64,000 bases of DNA from a virus (lineage: Duplodnaviria; Caudoviricetes). Location: positions 192,001 to 256,000 of the IMG/VR virus record IMGVR_UViG_3300011559_000001; one strand, written 5' to 3'. Numbering within the stretch: position 1 is the stretch's first letter; each line of letters begins with the position of its first letter. The notes under the pieces are model-generated. The model worked only from the letters and a program-made list of their open reading frames with translations, searched no databases and was not told the origin of the DNA. Of this stretch, positions 8,629-18,698 are shown piece by piece. A program made the translations under genes and the position numbers.

Positions 8629-9558
8629 ATGTTCCTTACCCCGTATCAAACCACTGCGTGCTCCGCAACCGCTGGATTGCCGAGTTTGCAGGACGCGCTC
8701 AAGCGAGCGCTCGTCCATGAAGATCTGCCGCCGGCAGTCACCTTGAAGGGACACGTCGTGGACGGTGTCTACATGGTTCCTCCATACCTTAAGGATGCCA
8801 AGCCCTTCCATCTGCCGCTACCTTTCCAGACTCCGGAAGGCAAGCAGGCAGTTGCGATTGATGTGCGCGGTATCACCAAGCTGCAGGGCGAGCGTCAGCT
8901 GAAGATCGTGGCCGGTGGTGAGTATGAAGGCGCTGTGCTGCGCGCCGCGCTCACCAAGGCGTGGCTGGAAGGGGCTGCCAATGACATGCGTCGTTGGAAT
9001 GACATCTCTGCACGGGTGTTCATCCGTCTGCTCAGTGAAGCGCTGGTGCGTCGCCTGAACCTGTCCCCGCTGGATCAACAGGGCGTGGTGATCGCCACCG
9101 GTCTGCTGTACTACTCCAACTTCCACGACTTCGCCAAGGGGCCGATGGACAAGGACGACCTGGAGCGGGTGGGTGTGGCCGTGGCACGTGCAACGCGCCT
9201 GAGTCCGCAGACGGTGGTGGGAATGCTGACCACCGATGTCCCGCAGGTCACCAACCTGGATGACTATTGCAAGGCCTTGCAGCACATCGTGCAGAACCCG
9301 CGTCTGGAGAAGATCGATGCGGCCTTTATCGTCACCCTGATGGGCGGCATGTGGTTCGGCGGTCAGGCACGCCTGATCACGGCCGTGGCGTTGGAATACC
9401 CGCCGGTGTGGCTGGGTCTGGTTTACCAGGCACTGACCGACCGCAGCTTCCACTCCGCTGGCCTGACCAAGATGGTTGAGACCGAGAACCGTGGCAACGC
9501 TGGCGCGCAGTTCATTCGCGACGTTAGCTCCTACCTGGACCTTCTGAGCAATGAGTGA
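8629..9558 (+). CDS. Virion structural protein (phiKZ gp28-like)
   Basis: MFLTPYQTT start; divergent from the sheath gene, in the conserved order sheath/gp28/gp27/gp26/terminase. Confidence 0.65.
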   Translation: MFLTPYQTTACSATAGLPSLQDALKRALVHEDLPPAVTLKGHVVDGVYMVPPYLKDAKPFHLPLPFQTPEGKQAVAIDVRGITKLQGERQLKIVAGGEYEGAVLRAALTKAWLEGAANDMRRWNDISARVFIRLLSEALVRRLNLSPLDQQGVVIATGLLYYSNFHDFAKGPMDKDDLERVGVAVARATRLSPQTVVGMLTTDVPQVTNLDDYCKALQHIVQNPRLEKIDAAFIVTLMGGMWFGGQARLITAVALEYPPVWLGLVYQALTDRSFHSAGLTKMVETENRGNAGAQFIRDVSSYLDLLSNE

Positions 9559-12142
9559 CTTCCTGGTCAACCACGCGGTACAAAACGTGTGGTGCAATCC
9601 GCAACAGGATTTGCAGGTGACCTACAAGCCTCAGCGCATTTCAACTCGCCGCGGTGTGCGTGGTCGGATCTCCCATATGTGGACGTCCATCAACATGCCC
9701 ACCCCGACCGACGTGTACCACGTTTACCAGATCGGTCAGTACCACGCTTCTCTGATCGGGCTCAGCCCGGCACGGGGTAAGTGGCGCGTGCTGGCCGAAC
9801 TGATGAACGAGGAGTTCCTGTTCGCCGATGTCTACACCATCAATGGTCAGCATCTGAGCCGGTTCCACACGTACGTGTTGGTTACCCCCGAGAAGAATGT
9901 GCTGGTGGCTATCCGTGAGCAAGCCAAGATCGTTGATCTGAAGGTCACGGACATCTACCTGCGCCTGTACTCCAACTCCTTCTTCGACTCGGTGCGTTCG
10001 GACGACTACGCCCATGGCATCATCTGCCGTGGTGCTCGCGTCATGAATGCCACCCAAGCCTTGAACCTGCAGCGTGACTACCTGGAACTGAAAGCGCGTA
10101 CGCGCGGCCATACCTGGATCTACGTCAACGGCTGGTACCGCGATGATTACAAGCCGGCAGATTTCTCGGCCGGTGATTACGTGGAATACGTCTACGACAG
10201 CTCGGTCAAGGCGGTCAAGGAATTCAACATCAATGGTCTGCCGACCTTTGACAGCATCAAAGATGCCAAGCGCAAGTTCCTGTTGCACTACAGCGGCGCC
10301 CAAGCCGGTGGGGTCAACATCGACTACCGCGATGACATCGATGTGTACCTGATCAAGCCGGGTACCACCTCCGGCCGGTTCACTGGCGTGTACTACCACA
10401 AGAACAACGATGACGCCCTGCGTCAGGTCACCCACCGTGACTATGCGTTGGTGGTCGATTATGTCCGTGCTCACCAGCAAGCCATGGTTAGCCAAGGCTG
10501 GACCAACATCAATCAGTTGCGCGCTCGACTGTTCATTCGCCACGCCGGCTACAAGCGCCCGCTGGTCTTTGAACACCATCGCATCCAGGAGCTGTACAAG
10601 CTGCCCGATGCTGACATCCGTCGCGCCCTGCTGGGGCAGGACTCCACCGTGAAGGTGTGGCGTGCTGACGAGTTGGAAAACTCCGAGTACGTCAAGATCA
10701 TGGACGTGCGCAAGCGTGCGATCCAACCGGATCTGGTCAAGGATGCCTACGGGTACAACGCCATTGCCAAGCTGATCGGCGACACGCCCAGTAAGGTACA
10801 GAACCTGTCCGGTCGTCAGGCTGTACCGCTGCCCTATGGCACGCAGGTGGACTCCACCGCCTATGAGATCGATGCGGCAGGCAAGTTGATTGCCTCTTAT
10901 ATCCACACCTCGGGTATCGAGTACACCCCGTTCAGCGCCAACTGCAAGCTGGTGGAAATGATCGTCGGTCGCGGCGGTCAGCGTCTGGACATGGCGTTCA
11001 ACAAGCAAGACGCAGCAATTGATCCGCGTTACTCCTACCGCTTCTATGTTGCTCCGATCGCCCATGGCGAACTGCGCAATGACCAGTGGGAGGACGTCAC
11101 CGGTGATGCCACCAAGTACCAGATCATCAACGGCAAGGTGCATTGGTTTGTCGACCTGCAGTACAACGCAGTGTGCGCCAAGTCCGATGCGTACTTCCTG
11201 AGCTACGAGCTGAGCTTGGCCGCCGACAACGGCGTACTGCGTTTCTCCATCGGTGCCACCACTGACTGGAACGGCACCAGCCTGTCCAGCCTGTTGTATA
11301 TCCCGCCGGGTCGACTGGATGTGTGGATCAACAACGAAGTGCTGATTGAAGGATTGGACTATTTGGTCCAGTGGCCGCAGGTGGTGATCACCAACAAGCA
11401 GTATCTGGTGGATGGTCAGGCCCAGCGCATCCGCGTGCGCGGCACCGGTTTCTGTAACAAGGACCTGTCCCGTCAGCCGCCCAAGGAGTTCGGCTTTGTG
11501 CGTTGGGGTAAGCTCTCGCGCAACAACCGCTATGACCTGCGCGATGATCGCGTGTTGCGTCTGGTGGTAAATGGCCGCACTTTCCATCGTGATGATGTGT
11601 ACTTCACTGAAGGCAATCCGGCACTGTGGATGAACAACGTCCCCAACGGTGCCCCGTACCTGCTGGACGATCTGATCGTTCCGCTGCGTGCCATTGTGAG
11701 TGAGGACACCTACGCCCTGCGTGAGAAGTCGTTGGTGGTGGACCAGGCCGTCTCGGACTACCTGACCATGAAGCTGCCCGAACCGATCCCGGCCAACCCG
11801 GATCCGATCTTGGAGCGCTACGCCATCTACAGTCCGTTCTCGGCCTCGATCATGTACGACCTGCTCACCGGCCGGTTGTCCACGGAGAAGTTCCGTGGTC
11901 AGTACAGCGATCAGGAAGTGCGCGACTACCTGAAGGACTACGAGTGGCTGCTCGATTACGAGCCCACCCGTCGCGACTTGGATCTGGAACACGTCATCGT
12001 GCACCCGCACGAGCGTACCACCGTGATCCAGCTCGATGCCTACCAGTACTTCCTGCTGCGGCGTGCCATCAAGGTCTTCCTTGAGGATAAGGTGGACATC
12101 ACGCGCTTTGTGCGCATCAAGGATTCCTTCATCGACGATTGA
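9551..12142 (+). CDS. Large virion structural protein (phiKZ gp27-like)
   Basis: 863 aa; NVWCNP.QD N-terminus; synteny. Confidence 0.7.
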   Translation: MSDFLVNHAVQNVWCNPQQDLQVTYKPQRISTRRGVRGRISHMWTSINMPTPTDVYHVYQIGQYHASLIGLSPARGKWRVLAELMNEEFLFADVYTINGQHLSRFHTYVLVTPEKNVLVAIREQAKIVDLKVTDIYLRLYSNSFFDSVRSDDYAHGIICRGARVMNATQALNLQRDYLELKARTRGHTWIYVNGWYRDDYKPADFSAGDYVEYVYDSSVKAVKEFNINGLPTFDSIKDAKRKFLLHYSGAQAGGVNIDYRDDIDVYLIKPGTTSGRFTGVYYHKNNDDALRQVTHRDYALVVDYVRAHQQAMVSQGWTNINQLRARLFIRHAGYKRPLVFEHHRIQELYKLPDADIRRALLGQDSTVKVWRADELENSEYVKIMDVRKRAIQPDLVKDAYGYNAIAKLIGDTPSKVQNLSGRQAVPLPYGTQVDSTAYEIDAAGKLIASYIHTSGIEYTPFSANCKLVEMIVGRGGQRLDMAFNKQDAAIDPRYSYRFYVAPIAHGELRNDQWEDVTGDATKYQIINGKVHWFVDLQYNAVCAKSDAYFLSYELSLAADNGVLRFSIGATTDWNGTSLSSLLYIPPGRLDVWINNEVLIEGLDYLVQWPQVVITNKQYLVDGQAQRIRVRGTGFCNKDLSRQPPKEFGFVRWGKLSRNNRYDLRDDRVLRLVVNGRTFHRDDVYFTEGNPALWMNNVPNGAPYLLDDLIVPLRAIVSEDTYALREKSLVVDQAVSDYLTMKLPEPIPANPDPILERYAIYSPFSASIMYDLLTGRLSTEKFRGQYSDQEVRDYLKDYEWLLDYEPTRRDLDLEHVIVHPHERTTVIQLDAYQYFLLRRAIKVFLEDKVDITRFVRIKDSFIDD

Positions 12143-12248
12143 CCCTTTTGACTTTGCAACAGACGGCGCTGGCCCCCGCGGGTTAGGCTACTACTTTTAG
12201 TGGTCAGCGCCGTCGCTTTGCAGGTCCGCCTTTAGGAAGCTTTCCACC

Positions 12249-13958
12249 ATGTCCAATACCGTTCTTCCCGCGACTGTCATCGTGGACCCCAACCGGGGTT
12301 ACCGCGAATGGCACATTCGCGAAATCTATGCGCCGGGCAATTCGTCCAGTGCGGGCCAGTACGTCCCCAACGTGGACGACTCGGTGCGCGACTGGACGCA
12401 AGGTATCCTGCGCGTCATCTCGGTGGATCACACCACCGGTATCTCCATCCTTCGCAAGTGGTCCGAACCGGTCGATCCGGGCAAGGTCACTGATGAAGAC
12501 ATCCTGCTGGGTGCAGGACCGGGCACGCAGTCTGAGTCCTACCGTGCCTACTTGGATCAGTCGATCTTCCCGCACTCGCTGTCCTTGGACAGTCGCCTGC
12601 ACTTCTACGGCACCACGGTCAACTCGGTCAAGGTCTTCCTGGGTACGGACATCTCCGAAAACGGTGACGTCATTTCCCAGTTCCATGACTCGGCCGGCAA
12701 CCTGCTCGGTGAGAACATCCCGGTCGAGCCGGTGGCCTTCTTCTCGGCAGGTGTGACCATTCCGGGTCAGGCCGCATCGGACTACAACCGCGCCGTGTCC
12801 TCGGCTGTGGTGGGTCAGACCTCGCGCAAGTTGGTCGACGGTGAAGTGGTGACGGTGGTTTCCTATGACCTCGCCGGTCAGGCGGTGAGCCAGGCCAAGC
12901 TGCTGATCAAGAACACCGCCTTCGTGCGTCAGACCGATGCCTCGCTGAAGTACGTGGCTGACATCTCGGTGGAGACCCCGTTCCTGCTGGCCAGCGATCA
13001 GCGCGTGATCGAATACCCGATCAACATGCCGGTCGATGCGCTGAACCTGATCGGACTGGTGACCTACTCCGACGGCTCGCAGATCCGCCTGCCCATCGAC
13101 GGCACCAAGTTCGAGATGGTCGGTCTGCGCAACTACGTGGCCACCATCCAAGGTCAGTCGGTGGATCTGATGCTGTCCTATCAGCTCAGCCCGCTCGAAT
13201 CGGCCTACCTGAAAGCGCCTTCGCCGAACCGCCGGCTCAACGAGCCGTACGTGGCTCGCACCAAGGAATCCGATGGTGCGTACTCGGTCAAGCTGTTCGC
13301 CTACCCGATCTGGGTTGACCAGCTGTCCGGCTACCGCCTGGAGTACTTCCTGTACAACTTGGACCGCAAGCAGGTCTATCGTGTGACCAACCTGATCACC
13401 CAGGCGGCCAACTCGGCGCCGTTCGATCCGCTGCTGTACAACGTCAAGCAGCGGATCAACGTGGGTATCAACATGAACCAGGTCGATCCCCTGTTTGACA
13501 TGTGGCGTCACACCCAGCTGTTTGAGATCACCTTGATCCGTCCGGGCAACCAGGACATCGGCGACAACTGGACGGTGGGCTTCACTGCCGAACAGAACCC
13601 GCCCTACGGCCCCAACGTCAAGGCGAACTCCCGCTTCATCAACGTCAACAACGCCACGCTGGACATCAGCTGTGGTTGTGAGACGTTGGACGAATGGTTG
13701 GCAACGGTGTACTACCCGACCCAGCCGCTGTTCGATGCGCGTACCGAAACCGGCCCGCTGGTTCCGAACTTCTTCGTGCTTGTCTCGGAGAACAACCGTG
13801 TCGAACTGCCCATCGCCGATTGGAAGAAGGTCATCAGCGTCGAACGCACTCCTGCGGAAGGCAAGCTGGTGTACATCGAGTTCCTGCGGAAGATGGCCGA
13901 CAATGATCTGCAGCTCTCCGTGGCTGGCCTGATCACCCATCAGCAACAAGTCGTTTAA
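12249..13958 (+). CDS. Virion structural protein (phiKZ gp26-like)
   Basis: 569 aa, beta-rich, immediately upstream of terminase. Confidence 0.68.
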   Translation: MSNTVLPATVIVDPNRGYREWHIREIYAPGNSSSAGQYVPNVDDSVRDWTQGILRVISVDHTTGISILRKWSEPVDPGKVTDEDILLGAGPGTQSESYRAYLDQSIFPHSLSLDSRLHFYGTTVNSVKVFLGTDISENGDVISQFHDSAGNLLGENIPVEPVAFFSAGVTIPGQAASDYNRAVSSAVVGQTSRKLVDGEVVTVVSYDLAGQAVSQAKLLIKNTAFVRQTDASLKYVADISVETPFLLASDQRVIEYPINMPVDALNLIGLVTYSDGSQIRLPIDGTKFEMVGLRNYVATIQGQSVDLMLSYQLSPLESAYLKAPSPNRRLNEPYVARTKESDGAYSVKLFAYPIWVDQLSGYRLEYFLYNLDRKQVYRVTNLITQAANSAPFDPLLYNVKQRINVGINMNQVDPLFDMWRHTQLFEITLIRPGNQDIGDNWTVGFTAEQNPPYGPNVKANSRFINVNNATLDISCGCETLDEWLATVYYPTQPLFDARTETGPLVPNFFVLVSENNRVELPIADWKKVISVERTPAEGKLVYIEFLRKMADNDLQLSVAGLITHQQQVV

Positions 13959-14025
13959 CGGTCCAACCCGGTCGGTGGGGAGCTTTGGCTCCTCACCGGC
14001 TGGGCCTATGGACAAAGGATGTTTT

Positions 14026-16290
14026 ATGATTCTCTTCGAATCAGACTGGCAACGATACCCCTCGGCCATTGCCGATTTCCAGACCAGCAACAAAACGTTC
14101 CTCCGCTTGGCTCAGGTCTACAAGAGCATGGGCGTGAAGAACAACGTCTTCCATCTTTCTCTGTTGAACCCGGATCTGCAAGGCGTGGATCCTTTCTCTG
14201 AGAACCTGACCCCGCAGCAGAAAGTGGCCATCGGCTTTGAGTGTGCTCAAAACCCGTGGTACTTCTTCCGTGAAGTGGTACGCGTGCCGCCGCAATCCGG
14301 TCCGCGTCCGGTTCCCCTGCGAGCCAACCGTGGTAACATCGGCCTGTTCTGGTCGTTCTTCAACCACATCGACGTTGCGCTGATCCAACCCCGACAGACG
14401 GGCAAGTCTGTGTCCACCGACTGTTTGATGACCAACATCACCTACATGTCCACGGACAACACCACGGTGACGATGATCACCAAGGATAACGACCTGCGTC
14501 GTAAGAACGTGGATCGTCTGAAGAAGATCCGCGACCTTCTGCCCAAGTACCTGATCGTGCTGGGCCCGGACGATGCCGACAACCAGGTCGAGCTGACCTA
14601 CAAGACCCGTAAGAACTCGTACATGACCGCCGTGGCTCAGAACAACGAGTCCAGCGCCAATAACGTGGGTCGTGGTTTGACCTCCCCGATCCTGCACTCG
14701 GACGAAGGCCCGTTCACCGGCTTCATCCACGTGACGCTGCCGGCCGCACTGGCAGCAGGTACGGCTGCGCGTAGCGAAGCCAAGCTCAACGGTCGCCCCT
14801 ATGGCAACATCTTCACCACAACGGCGGGGAAGAAGGACACCAAGGAAGGCAAGTACATGTACGACCTGATCCACGGTGGTGCTACGTGGGATGAGCGTCT
14901 GGCATTTGACAGCGTCAGTGAAGAAGACCTGCGTTCGCGCGTGCTCAAGAACTGTGCGGGTATGCCCAACCAGAAGAAGGGCTCGCCCAAGCGTGCGCTG
15001 TTCAATATCACCCTGTCGCACAAGCAGCTGGGTGAAACCGATGACTGGCTGATGGAGGCCATCGCCAACGCCGGTGGTACGGCCGAAACGATCGACCGCG
15101 ACTTCATGAATCGTTGGACCTCCGGTTCGCTGCGCTCGCCGCTGTCAACCGAACTCAACGAACGCATCTTGAACTCGGTCAAGCCGGTACAGTTCATGGA
15201 GTTCTCTTCGGAGAACTACTGTCTGAACTGGTACATCCCCGAGCGCGACATCTCGCGGATGATGGAGGAAGGTCGTTTCGTAGCAGGGCTGGATACCTCC
15301 GAAGCGGTGGGTCGAGATGCCATTGCGATGGTGATCATCGACGTGGAGGATCTGTCGGTGGTGGCCACTGGCACCTACAACGAAACCAACCTGATCACGT
15401 TCTCCCATTACTTGGGTAAGCTGTTGATCAAGTACCCCAACATCACCTTGGTGCCGGAGCGTAAGTCCACCGGCGGTATGATCGTGGACTACCTGATCCT
15501 GCAGCTGACCAACGCCGGGCAAGATCCCTTCAAGCGCATTTTCAACCGCATCGTGGAAGAAGCCGCGTTCAAGAAGGAAGAGTACCAGGAACTGCAACGT
15601 CCTGTGACCATGCGTTCGGAAAGCTTCTACGAGACGCGCAAGCGTGAGTTCGGCTTTGTTACCAATGCCGACAACCGCAACCTGCTCTACACCACCATCT
15701 TGCAGAACGCTGCAAAGAACGGTGGTGGGGCAGTGCACAGCGAACGGCTGTCCTCGGAGATCCGTGGGTTGGTGGTCAAGAACGATCGCATCGACCATGC
15801 CAACTCCGGCCACGATGACCACGTCATTGCCTGGCTGTTGGCCCACTGGTTCATCACCCAAGCCCGCAACTTGGTCCACTACGGGATCGACACGGGTCTG
15901 GTCATGTCGGCGCTGCGCATCTTCGCCGATCGTGAGGAAACCCCGCAGGAGATCTACAACCGGGAGCTGCAGCAGAAGTTGCTGTATGAAGCCACCCAGT
16001 TGCTGGAGCAGCTCAACTCCGAGCGCGATGTGATGGTGCTGGCCAAGCTCGAAGGTCGCCTGCGTTCGCTGTCGGGGCGTCTGGTTGATGACGGGGATAC
16101 CTCCTACGTGCAGACCATCGATGCGGCCATCAACGAGTCGCGTGAGAACCGTGAAAAGCTCAAGCGCCTGCAGTCGCGTGGACCCGGTGGTGGTATGGGC
16201 GGGTTCCGTCCGATGGATCGTCAGGTCGGTTACGGTAGCGGCTACGGCCTGCCCCGTAGTGACATGAACCATCGTTTCAGCTACGCCTAA
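14026..16290 (+). CDS. terL: Terminase large subunit
   Basis: Walker A PRQTGKS, Walker B LHSDE, coupling motif TTTAG, nuclease GLDTS...HDDHVIA; start MILFESDW after AAAGGA. Confidence 0.92.
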   Translation: MILFESDWQRYPSAIADFQTSNKTFLRLAQVYKSMGVKNNVFHLSLLNPDLQGVDPFSENLTPQQKVAIGFECAQNPWYFFREVVRVPPQSGPRPVPLRANRGNIGLFWSFFNHIDVALIQPRQTGKSVSTDCLMTNITYMSTDNTTVTMITKDNDLRRKNVDRLKKIRDLLPKYLIVLGPDDADNQVELTYKTRKNSYMTAVAQNNESSANNVGRGLTSPILHSDEGPFTGFIHVTLPAALAAGTAARSEAKLNGRPYGNIFTTTAGKKDTKEGKYMYDLIHGGATWDERLAFDSVSEEDLRSRVLKNCAGMPNQKKGSPKRALFNITLSHKQLGETDDWLMEAIANAGGTAETIDRDFMNRWTSGSLRSPLSTELNERILNSVKPVQFMEFSSENYCLNWYIPERDISRMMEEGRFVAGLDTSEAVGRDAIAMVIIDVEDLSVVATGTYNETNLITFSHYLGKLLIKYPNITLVPERKSTGGMIVDYLILQLTNAGQDPFKRIFNRIVEEAAFKKEEYQELQRPVTMRSESFYETRKREFGFVTNADNRNLLYTTILQNAAKNGGGAVHSERLSSEIRGLVVKNDRIDHANSGHDDHVIAWLLAHWFITQARNLVHYGIDTGLVMSALRIFADREETPQEIYNRELQQKLLYEATQLLEQLNSERDVMVLAKLEGRLRSLSGRLVDDGDTSYVQTIDAAINESRENREKLKRLQSRGPGGGMGGFRPMDRQVGYGSGYGLPRSDMNHRFSYA

Positions 16291-16297
16291 AACAAAA

Positions 16298-16341
16298 GGC
16301 AGCATAAGCCCCCTCCCGTTTGGGAGGGGGCGTTATGTTGT
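16298..16341. terminator. Bidirectional hairpin between convergent genes
   Basis: GGCAGCATAA-GCCCCCTCCC-GTTT-GGGAGGGGGC-GTTATGTTG. Confidence 0.8.
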
Positions 16342-16695
16342 TTACATGGCAGCAGCGCGCTGGCGAATCTGACGCAGGTTATCGATGGTGGCCGCATGGA
16401 TCACTTCCATGCCCACCAGTTCCAGGCCGCGCTCGAAAGACATGCGGATGGTTTTGGTGGAGGTAAACTTACGGCCGTCCTTGAGTTCCAAGGTAGCGGT
16501 CATGTCCCAGCTTTCCAGGACCTGATCGGCATGCCAAGGGTACAAGAACTTGCGCGTGGTGGTCATCAAGGTTGCCTCGATGCGCACCTTACGCATATCC
16601 CGGGGAGCCCGGGGAAACACGCGAAGCAATTCCACGGTGTCGCCAAAGACGTTGGTGATCCGGCTCGGGCCTTCGATAATCTGCTGAAGATTCAT
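16342..16695 (-). CDS. Hypothetical protein
   Basis: Start MNLQQII overlaps the stop of the upstream minus-strand gene. Confidence 0.65.
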   Translation of the reverse strand: MNLQQIIEGPSRITNVFGDTVELLRVFPRAPRDMRKVRIEATLMTTTRKFLYPWHADQVLESWDMTATLELKDGRKFTSTKTIRMSFERGLELVGMEVIHAATIDNLRQIRQRAAAM

Positions 16696-17093
16696 AGCTC
16701 GCACTTGATGGTCGGATAAAAGGGACCCATACGTTCCAGGAATGCATGCAGGGCATACAAATGCGGGAACTGGGAATGGCGGAGCAGGGAGTTGCAAAGC
16801 TGCGGATAAACGCACGGCTCAAAAAGCCGCTCATCCAGCTGCGCCCGGACTTCATCAGGCGCAAAGGCAAGAACGCGATATACCGAGTGGGTGGTCGGAA
16901 GCAACCACCACCGTCGGTACCGGGTCGTGTAGGTGATCTGTGTCACCGTCACGCCGATTTCCACATCAGCATCTGCAAGGGACGGCCGCAGCATGAGCTG
17001 CCGGTGCGCCACCTTGCCCTTGTACTCTACCGTTGTACGGTCTCCTACGATCCAATCGACCATCTCGCCAATCTTTTCCAGCAACCAGTCCAT
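16692..17093 (-). CDS. Hypothetical protein
   Basis: GGAG RBS on the minus strand, 133 aa. Confidence 0.65.
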   Translation of the reverse strand: MDWLLEKIGEMVDWIVGDRTTVEYKGKVAHRQLMLRPSLADADVEIGVTVTQITYTTRYRRWWLLPTTHSVYRVLAFAPDEVRAQLDERLFEPCVYPQLCNSLLRHSQFPHLYALHAFLERMGPFYPTIKCEL

Positions 17094-17122
17094 GACAGGT
17101 CTCCGGTTAGGGGCGGGGAGGG

Positions 17123-18349
17123 TTAAGGGGATGTACCCTGATAGTACTGCATGGCCATGGCGCGCAACACCAAATACAACTGCACGCCCGTACGCACCGC
17201 TGCGATGACCGAATCATTCTTGGTCTTGATCGCTTGGGTGACCACACGCTCAGACAAGGCTTTCGTCTTGAGCAGTGATTCGTTGGACATTCGCGAGGCC
17301 ATGTACATCGAGCGCAGCTTCGCAATCAGCGGGGTCAACCCGCCGCGCGTGTTGTAGAGGCTCCGGTCAGATGCGATCAAATCGAACGCATAGATCAGGG
17401 ACTCATCAGCCAGCTCGGTGATGTACTCATGCCGGGCAACCAGACGGTTCCGGCTCATCCACTCCAGTGTCTCCACCAGGTGGCGCGGGTTCATCGTGTG
17501 CATTGCATCAGCCACCACGTCCACCAGCTCGTCGCGCACGAACGACTTGGGGTCGTCCATGACTTCATGCAGGTAACGGATGAACGTGGAGAACTGTCGG
17601 GACTTGTCCTGTAGGACCACGTCACCTTCAATCTCACGCACGCTCTTCTCAGTGTTGACACGCACACCCTTCGAATGTAGATCGTAGAAGATCTTGCTGA
17701 TCGACTTGATCAATTCCTTCAGACGGTTCTGAATGTCGTTGATCATCCGAATCACATCATCGTCCGACCGCATTTCCATGTAAGCGCGGCGATGAACGCT
17801 GCGCGTCGAGACCATTTCCTTGGCACGCTTCTCGAGCAGGTCATGCCAGCTCTTGGAAGTCTTGATCAAAAACTTGCGGGACATCGCAGCCAGGGTCGCC
17901 TGGGCAGTTCCTTGGTCGGCTGGGTACTTCCAATAGTGCGAAAGTAGCGAGCCCAGGAACTTGTACTGCATGATCTGGATTGTCAGTGTTGCTCCCTCCT
18001 CCTTCAAAGCCGGGGAGAGATTGGAGTTCATGATGCGGTGGGTGAGCCACACGCAGGACTGATTGAACACGTCGTTGGCGCGAACCCAGGTTTGGTCATG
18101 GGGCAGACGCTTGATCCCTTCTTCGACCAACAGGTCGTCGATGTCAAGGATCTCGCTGAACCACTTGTCCTGGTCCGAGGGGCGAAAGCGCATCGAGTGA
18201 ACACCGGTGAGGTTACCGCCGAAGAAGGCGATATGGTCCTCGTTGCGGTTCACGAAGCTGCGCTCAAACTCCCGGAGACGTTGGATCAGTTTCGCATCGA
18301 CGACGAAGTCCGTTGCCGCGTCGTCGAATACCGATTTGATCGTTTCCAC
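17123..18349 (-). CDS. Conserved phiKZ-like protein, probably virion-associated
   Basis: 408 aa; HIAFFGGNLTGV segment recalled from phiKZ-like phages; GGAG RBS. Confidence 0.6.
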   Translation of the reverse strand: METIKSVFDDAATDFVVDAKLIQRLREFERSFVNRNEDHIAFFGGNLTGVHSMRFRPSDQDKWFSEILDIDDLLVEEGIKRLPHDQTWVRANDVFNQSCVWLTHRIMNSNLSPALKEEGATLTIQIMQYKFLGSLLSHYWKYPADQGTAQATLAAMSRKFLIKTSKSWHDLLEKRAKEMVSTRSVHRRAYMEMRSDDDVIRMINDIQNRLKELIKSISKIFYDLHSKGVRVNTEKSVREIEGDVVLQDKSRQFSTFIRYLHEVMDDPKSFVRDELVDVVADAMHTMNPRHLVETLEWMSRNRLVARHEYITELADESLIYAFDLIASDRSLYNTRGGLTPLIAKLRSMYMASRMSNESLLKTKALSERVVTQAIKTKNDSVIAAVRTGVQLYLVLRAMAMQYYQGTSP

Positions 18350-18698
18350 GTGATGCTCCAGTGGGGCTTGTATGTTTGACTATACAATGGAGCGGCAGGT
18401 GAGGTTCGAACATAGACTCTTGTCAACGAAGTATGAAATTACTGTGAAGATCGTGTTAAGTATTTTTCTACTTCAATGACTCTAAGTGTAGGACCCATTT
18501 TTACTAGTACTACGTAAGTAGTACTTACTATAGTAACTATATGGGAGGGTCTGTTTGAGACCGGAGGTCGAAAATGGACAAAAAATCACCACATCGCTCA
18601 GCCTTGGGGGCTGAGCTGTTTATGCCCGTCTTCACGCTAGGGGATTTTTGGGATCCCCTAGCTCTACCCTATGAAAGATTACTCACTGGAGTGTAACT
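18350..18698. promoter_or_regulatory. AT-rich divergent intergenic region with palindromes
   Basis: AGTACTAC-GTAA-GTAGTACT (18506-18525), TTACTATAGTAA (18525-18536), hairpins at 18596-18616 and 18636-18662. Confidence 0.5.
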
